Of a DNA stretch of 64,000 bases, positions 55,255-64,000 are shown piece after piece; the stretch's first letter is position 1; each line of letters opens with the position of its first letter. The notes beneath the pieces were generated by a model that did no database searches, was not told where the DNA came from, and saw only the letters and a list, made by a program, of their open reading frames with translations. Where the stretch lies: the NCBI GenBank assembly GCA_958296245.1, contig OY282458.1, positions 234,886 to 298,885 on the forward strand, read 5' to 3'. The position numbers and the translations under genes are program-made. Source of the DNA: an uncultured Dehalococcoidia bacterium. Lineage in GTDB: Bacteria; Chloroflexota; Dehalococcoidia; Lucifugimonadales; G958296245.

Positions 55255-56656
55255 ACCGAATCGTGAGACCGGCCCTGAGGCGGCGATGATGCAACACGTG
55301 GACACCGAATCGCTGCGGCGCTCCGCTTTCGAGCACCTCTGGATGCACAACGCCGACTGGGCGCAGGTCGCGGAAGAGGGCGGGCCGCTCATCATGGTCG
55401 CCGGCGACGGGGTGAGGGTAACCGACTCCGCAGGGGTGACGTGGTTGGACGCTCACGGCGGTTACGCGTCCGTCAACGTCGGGTATGGGCGGACCGAGAT
55501 CGCGGATGCCGCGCTCGAGCAGATGAAGCGGCTCGCGTACTTTCCTCAGGGCGCAACCACCGAGGCGTTGGTCTGGCTCGCCCGGAAACTTGCCGAGATC
55601 TCCCCCGGAAGTCTGGAGCGTACCTGGCCGGTTACGGGCGGCTCCGAGGCTAACGAAACGGCGGTCAAGATGGCGCGCGCCTACCACAGGCGCAATGGGG
55701 AGGCGGGGCGGTACAAGGTCATCAGCCGTAAGGGCTCCTACCACGGCGCCACCGGCGGCGTGCTCTGGATGGGTGGAGGCCCGGGCCGCCGGCCGGACTT
55801 CGAGCCCGCCTACCCCGGCATGGTCTACGCCCCTCACCCGGGACACTACCGCTGCGAACTGGGCGGCCGGGACCCGTCCGAGTGTGCGTTGCTCTGCGCG
55901 AAGGCCATAGAGGACCTGATCATCCTGCACAAGCCCGAGACGGTCGCCGCCGTGATCGGGGAGCCTGCCGCCAGTGGAAGCTTGGTGCCGAGCGGCGAAT
56001 ACTGGCCCGCGGTGCGCGACATATGCAACCGGTACGGGGTCATCTTGATCGCGGACGAGGTGGTGTGCGGGTTCGGTAGGACGGGCAAATGGTTCGGGAT
56101 GGAACATTGGGGCGTCGTGCCGGACATAATGACCGTAGCTAAGGGGATGACCAGCAGCTACCTACCTATGGGAGCGGCGATCGTAAAGAGGGAGGTTGCA
56201 GGCGCATTCGCCGGCGAGGCCGACCTGTTCAGCCAGGCCCTGACCTTCGGAGGGCACCCGGTCGCTGCCGCGGCGGCGCTCGAGAACATCAGAGTCATCG
56301 AGCGTGAAGGCTTGGTGAGCCGATCCGCGGAGATGGGGTCATACCTGCTCGAGGGGCTCACTGCTCTGATGGGGAAGCACTCGATAATAGGCCACGTCGG
56401 GGGGCTTGGACTGCTCATCGGCATGGAGTTGGTCAAGGACCGGAGCGCGAAAGAGCCGTTTCCCCCCGAAGCCCAAGTCGAAGACATGCTGCGGAGGAAG
56501 TTCCGAGACCGGCGGATAATCTTGGTCTGCGGGCCGTCCGGCTTCAAGCTCTGCCCGCCTCTGTGCATTACGCGGGATGACGCGGACCAACTGACGACGG
56601 CCGTCGACGAGGTCCTTGGCGAGCTTGCGAGCGAATTGGCTGGTATGATCAGCTAG
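55247..56656 (+). CDS. class III PLP aminotransferase, paralog 2
   Basis: GSEANE, SYHG, DEVVCGFGRTG, AKG, TFGGHP. Confidence 0.93.
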   Translation: MSKPNRETGPEAAMMQHVDTESLRRSAFEHLWMHNADWAQVAEEGGPLIMVAGDGVRVTDSAGVTWLDAHGGYASVNVGYGRTEIADAALEQMKRLAYFPQGATTEALVWLARKLAEISPGSLERTWPVTGGSEANETAVKMARAYHRRNGEAGRYKVISRKGSYHGATGGVLWMGGGPGRRPDFEPAYPGMVYAPHPGHYRCELGGRDPSECALLCAKAIEDLIILHKPETVAAVIGEPAASGSLVPSGEYWPAVRDICNRYGVILIADEVVCGFGRTGKWFGMEHWGVVPDIMTVAKGMTSSYLPMGAAIVKREVAGAFAGEADLFSQALTFGGHPVAAAAALENIRVIEREGLVSRSAEMGSYLLEGLTALMGKHSIIGHVGGLGLLIGMELVKDRSAKEPFPPEAQVEDMLRRKFRDRRIILVCGPSGFKLCPPLCITRDDADQLTTAVDEVLGELASELAGMIS

Positions 56657-56743
56657 CCGGCCGTTTTCGTCCAAGCCGCCGTTAACCCTCTCCGGCGCGA
56701 CAGACCGCGCCGGAGACATATATAACCCGAACAGGAATTAGTA

Positions 56744-57400
56744 ATGCCCATCTTCAAGTCATCGACGGAATCCGAGAGCAGACCTGATAACCACCAAGCG
56801 CCTCCGAGGGTGGCAATCTTCATAGACGGGAGCAACCTCTATCACAGCCTGACTGAGAACTGCAAACGCTACGATGTTGACTTCGGCGCCTTTGCCGCCA
56901 AGCTCATCGGAGACAGGCAGCTCTTCCGCACCTACTACTACAACGTCTTGCGCGACCAGGAGAGGAACCCACAAGCGTACCAGGACCAGCAGCGGTTCCT
57001 GAATGCGCTGGGCAATACGCCCTACCTGGAAGTCCGGCTAGGCACGTCCAAGATGAGGGGCGACGTCTCGGTCGAGAAGGGCGTCGACATCATGATCGCA
57101 ACCGACATGCTGCGCATGGCCTGGCGTGACACCTATGACGTGGCGGTGCTGGTAACGGGGGACGGCGACTTCGCCTACGCGGCGCAGGCGGTCAAAGACC
57201 TGGGCAAGCACGTGCAGATTGCGGCGTTCCAGGCCAATTTGGCCCTGGAGTTGGCCCACGTCGCCGACGAACGCGAGGTGCTTACGCCGGGGTACTTTGA
57301 TGACCTGTGGAGCCGGCGCCGGGGCGCTGAAACGCGCCCCAATGGGGACGGCCAACGCCGGGCGTGGCACTTCCCCCGGCTCCGCAACGACCGGTCATAG
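56744..57400 (+). CDS. NYN / LabA-DUF88 PIN-like protein
   Basis: FIDGSNLY, EKGVD, TGDGDF, GK.V. Confidence 0.92.
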   Translation: MPIFKSSTESESRPDNHQAPPRVAIFIDGSNLYHSLTENCKRYDVDFGAFAAKLIGDRQLFRTYYYNVLRDQERNPQAYQDQQRFLNALGNTPYLEVRLGTSKMRGDVSVEKGVDIMIATDMLRMAWRDTYDVAVLVTGDGDFAYAAQAVKDLGKHVQIAAFQANLALELAHVADEREVLTPGYFDDLWSRRRGAETRPNGDGQRRAWHFPRLRNDRS

Positions 57401-57423
57401 CTGAGGGACCCCTCAGAACTCGG

Positions 57424-59121
57424 TCAGAAGGCGTCGTCTGCGGTGGATATTGCGTCCAAGTCCGCCCTGGTGTAAGAGCCGAGGCTCCGGAAGTCGAAGT
57501 CCGTATAGTTCTTGATCCATCGCATGGCGACCTTACAAGCCTTGCGGTAGCGCTCTTCCTGAGCGGCCGGATCCGAACCGGCGCCGCCCCCGGCTTCGGA
57601 CTTCCTGATGGCCAGGATACTCTCCAACTCTTCATGAATCAGACGCTTGACCAAGGGGAAGTCGTGGGATTCGCCTGTCTGTGCGTCTACCGTGCCGTGC
57701 AGGACGCGCTGCGCGATTTGCGCTACGGACATCCTGCCTGTGGCCAGGTCTTCCATCAGCGGACCGTGCAGCCCGGGGTTGCCTTCCTGGCTGTCGATGC
57801 CCTTGGCGCCGCGGCCGTTTAGCCATCCTTCGAGGTACTCGATGACCATTCTCACGTTGCGCCGGGTTCCGTCGACGGTGATGGGGCCGTCCGGCACCTC
57901 GACCTTGACGGGGTAGTTGTCCGGCTCGCTCATTTCGGGCGTCGGCTCCCATCCGGATCCTCTCAGCTCTTTGAATGGATCGGCGGCGGTCTTCATGTGG
58001 AAGATGTGCGCCACCCAGCCCCTGAGGAATCCCTGCCGCGCCTCCCACTCCTTGTCGGCGCGAATGGAGGCGCGGGCAGCGTCGTTGACCTCTTCGTTCC
58101 TCGACGGCAGCGCGGTTGCCATGCCTCCGATGGGCACGGCGCCGCGCTTCAGGCATACGGCGACCAGCCGCCTGAAGATGTTGGCGATGAAGTCGGTGGT
58201 CTTGACGTCTACCCCAAACCGGTCCGGCCATACGTAGTCCGGGTCTGCCATGACGAATTCGAAGATGCTCGCCTTGAAGTCCCACCTCGCGGCGTTTAGG
58301 CCGGCTGCATACGGTCCGAGGGCGTACAGCATCTCCTCCATCTGGTAGGCGGCCGGGAGAGACTCCACCAAGGGGATGGCCCTGATTACTGCGCCGGGCG
58401 GCGCCGGCAGGCGTTCCAGGCTGAAATCGAAGAACTCCCTCCAGAAGCCGGCCTCCTCCGCCGATTCGAGCTTCGGCAGGTAGAAATAGACCCCCTGGCC
58501 TCGCCTCATCTGTGCCAGGCCGGCATGGAACAGCGTCAGCGCGGTTCCCAGGATGGCCGCCGGGACAGGCTGGCCGTCGATGGTGACGTCGGGTTCGTCC
58601 AAGTGGATGCCGCGTTCGCGGTGCATGAAGAAGGGCAGGTCCCCTGACTGTACCGTGTAATGGCGCTCTCGGCGTTGGTCGAAGTAGTCGAGGGACCCCT
58701 CGACGGCAGCAAGCCTATTGCGGGCAGCGGTCACGGTGTCTACGAAGCGGTGGCCGGCGGCGTCCTCGTCGTCGTCCAAGTCGCCCTCAGCCCGGACGCC
58801 CCCGGGGCCGGGGTTCAGGGCATTGATGAACATGTTGGTGATCGATGCGGGGCCGGTGATCTCGATGCCTGGCCGACGCAGGTCCTCCGGGACAGGCGGC
58901 ACCTTCCAACCCCCGGTGTTGGCTTCGGACTCGGGTAGGTGCGACGGCAACTCCCCCTTGCTCAGGGCCCTGGCCAGGACCTCGGCGCGCTTCAGTCTCA
59001 GGGCATGTATGACCGGTGTGAATCTGTCGTGCAGGGCGGCCAGGTACTCTATGAAGCCTGCCGTGAAGAGATCTTGCGCCCCCGGCGCCGGCTCGTAGGT
59101 AACCCTTTCGGTTGCGGCCAT
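57424..59121 (-). CDS. malate synthase (divergent)
   Basis: EITGP, D.ED, R.RG.HL.E, YFYLPKLES, LNAARWD, GGM, WVAH, LMEDLAT. Confidence 0.88.
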   Translation of the reverse strand: MAATERVTYEPAPGAQDLFTAGFIEYLAALHDRFTPVIHALRLKRAEVLARALSKGELPSHLPESEANTGGWKVPPVPEDLRRPGIEITGPASITNMFINALNPGPGGVRAEGDLDDDEDAAGHRFVDTVTAARNRLAAVEGSLDYFDQRRERHYTVQSGDLPFFMHRERGIHLDEPDVTIDGQPVPAAILGTALTLFHAGLAQMRRGQGVYFYLPKLESAEEAGFWREFFDFSLERLPAPPGAVIRAIPLVESLPAAYQMEEMLYALGPYAAGLNAARWDFKASIFEFVMADPDYVWPDRFGVDVKTTDFIANIFRRLVAVCLKRGAVPIGGMATALPSRNEEVNDAARASIRADKEWEARQGFLRGWVAHIFHMKTAADPFKELRGSGWEPTPEMSEPDNYPVKVEVPDGPITVDGTRRNVRMVIEYLEGWLNGRGAKGIDSQEGNPGLHGPLMEDLATGRMSVAQIAQRVLHGTVDAQTGESHDFPLVKRLIHEELESILAIRKSEAGGGAGSDPAAQEERYRKACKVAMRWIKNYTDFDFRSLGSYTRADLDAISTADDAF

Positions 59122-59223
59122 TGACGTCCTCCGATAACTGGCTGGAAACAGGCCATATGTTAACACGGCGTGCGGGTCGCAACTTTCGTCATCGACCTAC
59201 GGGGCCGCCGTTCCGCGAGGCGG

Positions 59224-59508
59224 TCCAGACCCTGTGAGACCTGAAAGGGAAGTCCGGAGGCTTCCCTCTGGGCAGGGGGTCTGGGAGCAGGCGAGACGCC
59301 TGCGCTCCAGGCCGGAGGTTCTCCCCTCTGGGCAGGAGGGGGTTTGGGAGCAGGCGAGACGCCTGCGCTCCAGGCCGGAGGTTCTCCCCTCCGGCGGGGG
59401 GTCTGGGAGCAGGCGAGACGCCTGCGCTCCAGGCCGGAAGTTCTCCCCTCCGGCGGGGGTCTGGGGGCTGTGCCCCCAGTTACCAAGGGGCGGGTGGGGA
59501 TCAAAGAC
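59224..59508 (-). mobile_element. MITE-like family A with an internal array of three REP-like units
   Basis: CAGACCCTGTGAGACC start. GCAGGCGAGACGCCTGCGCTCC at 59287, 59350, 59409. GGGGGCTGTGCCCCCAGTTACCAAGGGGCGGG. Confidence 0.8.
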
Positions 59509-59584
59509 CGTCGCTGCGCCGTGTTGCGGGCGAAGGAGCGGGGCGGCTATAGTTAACCAACTGATCGATTAGGAGGTTCCCCGC

Positions 59585-60745
59585 ATGGGGAGGCCGTGGA
59601 TGAGCGGCTTGGTCCGCGCCCAGGTGGAGGCGCTCCACGGCAGCGGAGCGCGCTTTGCCCTCTGCGTTACGGGAGGCGGAGCGAGGGCCGTCTCCTGGCT
59701 GATAGGCCTCCCCGGCGCTTCTCGGAGTGTCCTCGAGATACAGATACCTTACTCACCGGAAGCCCTCGATGCGTATCTGGGACATAGAGTTGATAACGCG
59801 GTTGCGCCCGAGACGGCTGCCGACATGGCCAGGACGGCTTACCGCCGGGCCCAACGGCTGGCCCAAGCCGGGGACACAGCCGCAGGCATCGGATGTACGG
59901 CCGGCATCGCCACCGACAGGCCGAAGCGCGGCGAGCACCGGTGCCACGTGGCTGTCTGCTCCGGATCCGGCGTGACCACGTACAGCCTGCGCTTTGTGAA
60001 GGGGTTGAGAGACCGCGATGGGGAGGACGATCTGGTCAGCCGCCTCGTCCTGCGCGCGGCTGCGGAAGGCGTTGGGGCTCCTTCCAGCGTCGAGCTGGCC
60101 TTGGACTATGGGGACGTGCTGGAGGTGACCCTCGAGAATGCTGCCGTCTTGGTGGAAGCATTGTCGCGGGGCTGTGCTCGAAGCGCCGCCGTAACCGCCG
60201 CCGGCAGGATATTCGCCGACCGTCCGGTCGCTGGCGGGGTGCTTGCCGGGTCGTTCGACCCCTTGCACGCCGGCCATGAAGGGCTGGCCGTCACCGCGGC
60301 CCGCCTCCTCGGCCAGCCCGTTACCTTCGAGCTGTCGATGACCAACGTGGACAAGCCCGCGCTCGATCTCGCAGAGGTGCGGCGCAGGATAAGCCAGTTT
60401 GCCGGCAAATACGACGTCGTGGTCACGAGGGCCACGCGGTTTTCGGACAAGGCGAGGCTTTTCCCCGGCTGCACCTTCGTAGTGGGCTGGGATACCGCCG
60501 TCAGACTGGTGTCCCCGCAGTATTACGAAGGGGACCCTTCCCGGATGACCCGGGCGCTGAACGAGATACGAAGCTTCGAGTGCCGGTTCTTGGTGGCGGG
60601 CCGCGCCGGGCCGCGCCGGTTCCATGCGCCCTCTGAGATCGAGGCGCCGCCAGGGTTCGAGTCGATGTTCTCGCCCATACCGGCTTCGGACTTCAGAAGG
60701 GACGTTTCGTCCACTGAGATCCGCGTTGCAGCCGGAAGTCCCTGA
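59585..60745 (+). CDS. CinA-C-like domain fused to an HxGH nucleotidyltransferase-like domain
   Basis: TGGG, PGASRSVLE..IPYS, GSFDPLHAGH, NVDKP, G.DT, SSTEIR. Confidence 0.75.
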   Translation: MGRPWMSGLVRAQVEALHGSGARFALCVTGGGARAVSWLIGLPGASRSVLEIQIPYSPEALDAYLGHRVDNAVAPETAADMARTAYRRAQRLAQAGDTAAGIGCTAGIATDRPKRGEHRCHVAVCSGSGVTTYSLRFVKGLRDRDGEDDLVSRLVLRAAAEGVGAPSSVELALDYGDVLEVTLENAAVLVEALSRGCARSAAVTAAGRIFADRPVAGGVLAGSFDPLHAGHEGLAVTAARLLGQPVTFELSMTNVDKPALDLAEVRRRISQFAGKYDVVVTRATRFSDKARLFPGCTFVVGWDTAVRLVSPQYYEGDPSRMTRALNEIRSFECRFLVAGRAGPRRFHAPSEIEAPPGFESMFSPIPASDFRRDVSSTEIRVAAGSP

Positions 60746-60760
60746 GGTACTTGCACCCCA

Positions 60761-62218
60761 ATGAGCTTTAGAGACGTCCGAGAGTTCGTTTCGTTCCTCG
60801 AGGACAGGGGCGACCTTCATCGCATCAAGGCTCCGGTCAGCCGCGACCTGGAGATGGCCGAGATCGCCGACCGCGTGGTGAAGTCCGGCGGGCCGGCGCT
60901 CTATTTCGAGAACGTGGAGGGCTTCGACGTACCGGTGGTCATGAACCTATTCGGCTCTGAGCAAAGGGTCGCGTGGGCCCTGGGCGTCGACAAGCTGGAC
61001 GACCTTGCTGAGAGGACGCGAGACCTGCTGGGCATACTGCGGCAGGGCCCGCCGGCCGGTCTGGGCGACAAGCTCCGCGCGCTTGGCAAACTGGCGGGCG
61101 TCGCCAGGGCGCAGCCCAAGACGGTGTCGCGAGGCCCTTGCCAGGAGGTGGTCGTCACCGGAGACGACGTCGACCTGAACAGCCTGCCGGTCATCAAGTG
61201 CTGGCCGATGGACGCAGGCCGGTTCGTCACGCTGCCCCTGGTGATAAGCCGTGACCCGGGCACCGGCCGGCGCAACGTGGGCACGTACCGGATGCAGGTC
61301 TTCGACGGCAAGACGACGGGGATGCACTGGCAGACGCACAAGGTGGGAGCCAATCACTACAGGGAAAGCGAGCGGCGGGGCCGTGAGCGGCTCGAGGTGG
61401 CGGTAGCCATCGGCGCCGATCCTGCGACGATGTGGGCCGGCTCGCTGCCCGTGCCGCCCGAGATCGATGAGATCATGGTCTCGGGGGTGCTCAGAGGCCG
61501 CCCGGTTGAGATGGTCAAGTGCAAGACCGTCGACCTCGAAGCGCCCGCACGTTCGGAGTTCGTATTGGAGGGGTACGTCACGCCGGGGGAGCTGCGGAGC
61601 GAGGGGCCGTTCGGCGACCATACCGGCTACTACTCGGCAGCCGACGATTACCCGGTGCTTCACCTCACCGCCATAACGCACCGCCGGAGCCCCATATACG
61701 CGACGACGGTTGTCGGGAGGCCGCCGTCGGAAGACTACTTCATGGGCAAGGCCAGCGAACGGCTCATGCTCCCCGCCCTCCAGCTCACGCTCCCGGAGGT
61801 CGTGGACGTGAACTTCCCCGCCGAGGGCATCTTCCATAACCTGCTGCTGGTGTCCATCAGGAAGGAGTACCCCGGCCACGCCAGGAAGGTGATGTTTGCG
61901 CTGTGGGGCCTTGGTCTGCTGATGCTCACCAAGACCATCATCGTCGTCGATCATGACGTCGACGTACAGGACCTGTCCGAGGTGGCGTGGCGGGTGACGG
62001 CCAACATAGACCCTTCCCGCGACGTCGTCTTCGCGGATGGACCGGTGGACGACTTGGACCACGCCTCCCCGTCGCCCAAGTTCGGGAGCAAGATGGGCAT
62101 CGACGCTACGGCAAAGGGCCCCATGGACGGGCGGACGAGGGAGTGGCCGCCCCTCATTGAGATGACGGACGAGGTCAAGGCCTTGGTGGACTCCAAGTGG
62201 AGCGAGTACGGGATCTAG
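60761..62218 (+). CDS. ubiD: UbiD-family decarboxylase (menaquinone futalosine pathway type)
   Basis: GGPALYFE, NVGTYR, EGPFGDHTGYY, KEYPGHARK, GSKMGIDAT. Confidence 0.92.
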   Translation: MSFRDVREFVSFLEDRGDLHRIKAPVSRDLEMAEIADRVVKSGGPALYFENVEGFDVPVVMNLFGSEQRVAWALGVDKLDDLAERTRDLLGILRQGPPAGLGDKLRALGKLAGVARAQPKTVSRGPCQEVVVTGDDVDLNSLPVIKCWPMDAGRFVTLPLVISRDPGTGRRNVGTYRMQVFDGKTTGMHWQTHKVGANHYRESERRGRERLEVAVAIGADPATMWAGSLPVPPEIDEIMVSGVLRGRPVEMVKCKTVDLEAPARSEFVLEGYVTPGELRSEGPFGDHTGYYSAADDYPVLHLTAITHRRSPIYATTVVGRPPSEDYFMGKASERLMLPALQLTLPEVVDVNFPAEGIFHNLLLVSIRKEYPGHARKVMFALWGLGLLMLTKTIIVVDHDVDVQDLSEVAWRVTANIDPSRDVVFADGPVDDLDHASPSPKFGSKMGIDATAKGPMDGRTREWPPLIEMTDEVKALVDSKWSEYGI

Positions 62219-63096
62219 GCCGGGCCGAGCCCCGCCCGCTGCTGCAGCGGCTACGGCTCTTCCCTGGGGCCGTGCGTCTCCAGGAGACGGCGTTCGCCCT
62301 GCCGTTTGCGTATTCCGGCATGGTCTTGGCGGCCGGAGGGCTGCCTGCGTGGGGCGAGTTCATCTGGATCACGGTGGCCATGGTGAGCGCGCGGACGCTG
62401 GGCATGTCGGCCAACCGTCTCATCGACCGCCGCCTCGACGCCCTGAACCCCCGCACGGCCCAGCGTCACCTTCCCGCCGGCCTGCTGGGCGCGTCCGACG
62501 TGGCGGCGCTGGCGCTGGCGGCCGCCGCGATCTTCTTCTTCGCGGCGTGGAGGCTCAACACCCTGGCCCTCGCACTGGCGCCCGTGGCCGCAGCCTATCT
62601 CGTGCTCTACCCGTACGCCAAGCGTTTCACCTGGACGGCCAGCGTCCTGTTGGGCTGGGCCCTAGCCATCGCCCCGTCGGCGGCGTGGATAGGCGTGCGC
62701 GGCAGCCTGGGTTGGGAGCCGGTGTTGCTGTCGACCGCCGTCGCCATGTGGGCGGGAAGCTTCGACATCCTGTACCACGCCCAAGACGTGGGGGCGTATG
62801 AGCGCAACGGGCTGCACTCCGTGGCGCGTAGGTTCGGCCTAAAGGCGGCGTTCCGATGGTCGAAGGTGATGGACACCCTCGCAGCCGCGTTCCTCGCCGC
62901 CGCCGGCATCGCCCTGGGCCTGAGCTACCCCTACTACGTGGGGTGCGCCGTTGCGGCGGGGCTGATGGCCTACAAGTACCGGATGGTATCCCCGGACGAC
63001 CTCTCCCGCATGGACGCGGCGTTCTTCCGTGTGAACGCCTACGTTTCGGCAACCGTGTTCGTCTCGGTGCTGGCGTCGCTGCTCGTGTCCGGGTAG
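62197..63096 (+). CDS. mqnP: UbiA-family prenyltransferase (MqnP-like)
   Basis: FALPFAY, NRLIDRRLDALNPRT..RHLP.G, YAKRFT, FDILY..QD. Confidence 0.88.
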   Translation: MERVRDLGRAEPRPLLQRLRLFPGAVRLQETAFALPFAYSGMVLAAGGLPAWGEFIWITVAMVSARTLGMSANRLIDRRLDALNPRTAQRHLPAGLLGASDVAALALAAAAIFFFAAWRLNTLALALAPVAAAYLVLYPYAKRFTWTASVLLGWALAIAPSAAWIGVRGSLGWEPVLLSTAVAMWAGSFDILYHAQDVGAYERNGLHSVARRFGLKAAFRWSKVMDTLAAAFLAAAGIALGLSYPYYVGCAVAAGLMAYKYRMVSPDDLSRMDAAFFRVNAYVSATVFVSVLASLLVSG

Positions 63097-63226
63097 GGAG
63101 ACTGTGATGGGTGGGATCACAGTCCCCCCTAGATGTTTCGATGAAGCCAGCCCCAGCCGCAACACACCGCGTTCAGGTTATACCAGTTGGCTGTGATGGC
63201 GCCGCAAACCACAGGGCCACCGCAAC

Positions 63227-64000
63227 CTATGGCTGTTCCAGATAGAAAATTCTGGCAGCCTGATATGCGGAGTGCCAAGCCTGATTGTCCTTACCGGTGC
63301 GGTTTGCGTTCTGGTAGTTGGTGATCGACTGCCTAACCGATCCTTTGAATATCTGGTCGGCCAACCCGTCGGCGATTAGCTCCTGTGGCTTGAGGTGCTT
63401 GCCCCAAATCCAGTCGCCGTTATCCTCTTCAAGCATGGCGCGGAAGGACGCCAGGATCGGATAGATGTAACCGGTGGGAATGTCGTAGCCTGTGGTTTTA
63501 CCAATGAAAGGTAGGTCCTTGTGCCTCTTCAGTACCTTTACCCCAGACAGCCTCCCAAACTTCCCGCCAGTCGCATTGTACTGATCGGGCAGATAGTACT
63601 GGATGCTGTCCCACATCTCCAAGATGTCAGGGGCAATCCTGAGCAGTTTCTTGTACTTTGCGGAGTGCTCGTCGGACGCGAACCTCTTCAGGCAGGTTTC
63701 CTTGCCTGAGTATGTGGCTATCGGATGATTGTTGTCCGAGAACGAGCCCTTGTCCAGAGCCGTCAGCATACCTATCACTTCTCGGACATCTTGCTCTCCA
63801 CCTTCGTTTTCTTTCCAGCTTATGAGATCCGTCCTTCCTCTTCCGATGGCATTCTTCAGATCGTCAAAGCGCCCCTCGAGGTTCATCAGACTCTTCGAGG
63901 CGACTTGCTTGGAGGTGTTACGAGCATCTACAACGTTCGGAATGTCCTCCTGATCGAGACCTGTGAAAATCTCCAGGTTGCAGTAGCCCTCCAGACTGGC
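63227..64000 (-). CDS. AIPR-family protein, 5' end outside the window
   Basis: Frame stays open to the edge: LEIFTG...VDARNTSKQV..KSLMNLEGRFD; GYIYPILASFR; lower GC than neighbours. Confidence 0.7.
   Translation of the reverse strand, partial: ASLEGYCNLEIFTGLDQEDIPNVVDARNTSKQVASKSLMNLEGRFDDLKNAIGRGRTDLISWKENEGGEQDVREVIGMLTALDKGSFSDNNHPIATYSGKETCLKRFASDEHSAKYKKLLRIAPDILEMWDSIQYYLPDQYNATGGKFGRLSGVKVLKRHKDLPFIGKTTGYDIPTGYIYPILASFRAMLEEDNGDWIWGKHLKPQELIADGLADQIFKGSVRQSITNYQNANRTGKDNQAWHSAYQAARIFYLEQP

Overview
A GC-rich chromosomal window, most likely from Chloroflexota / Dehalococcoidia (SAR202-like). This is inferred from the dnaA-obgE-nadD order, a stand-alone rpoBC, a long GreA, futalosine-type UbiD/UbiA genes and tandem enzyme paralogs. 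It carries core genes (rpoB, rpoC, tig-clpP-clpX, pyrE/F, lipA, nadD, obgE, dnaA, nrdR-nrdJ, Ku-LigD, greA) and a probable oriC with non-canonical TTATCGAACA boxes, next to a DnaA with a rewritten DNA-binding signature. Four less usual layers stand out. (1) Three unrelated GT-C-type membrane glycosyltransferases end in the same ~110-aa module, which also supplies the next gene's RBS, and the third gene is split at a G9 tract. (2) A dense family of ~160-bp MITE-like elements (GTAACTGTTCAG ends) and REP-like hairpins nest inside each other and form tandem arrays. (3) Decayed 'echo' copies of gene 3' ends occur for ligD, a PIG-L gene and a histidine phosphatase. (4) A lower-GC AIPR-like gene is cut off at the right edge. 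No rRNA, tRNA, CRISPR array, transposase or reverse transcriptase was recognised. All calls come from reading motifs by eye, with no database searches, and adjusted start codons are inferred from RBS position.
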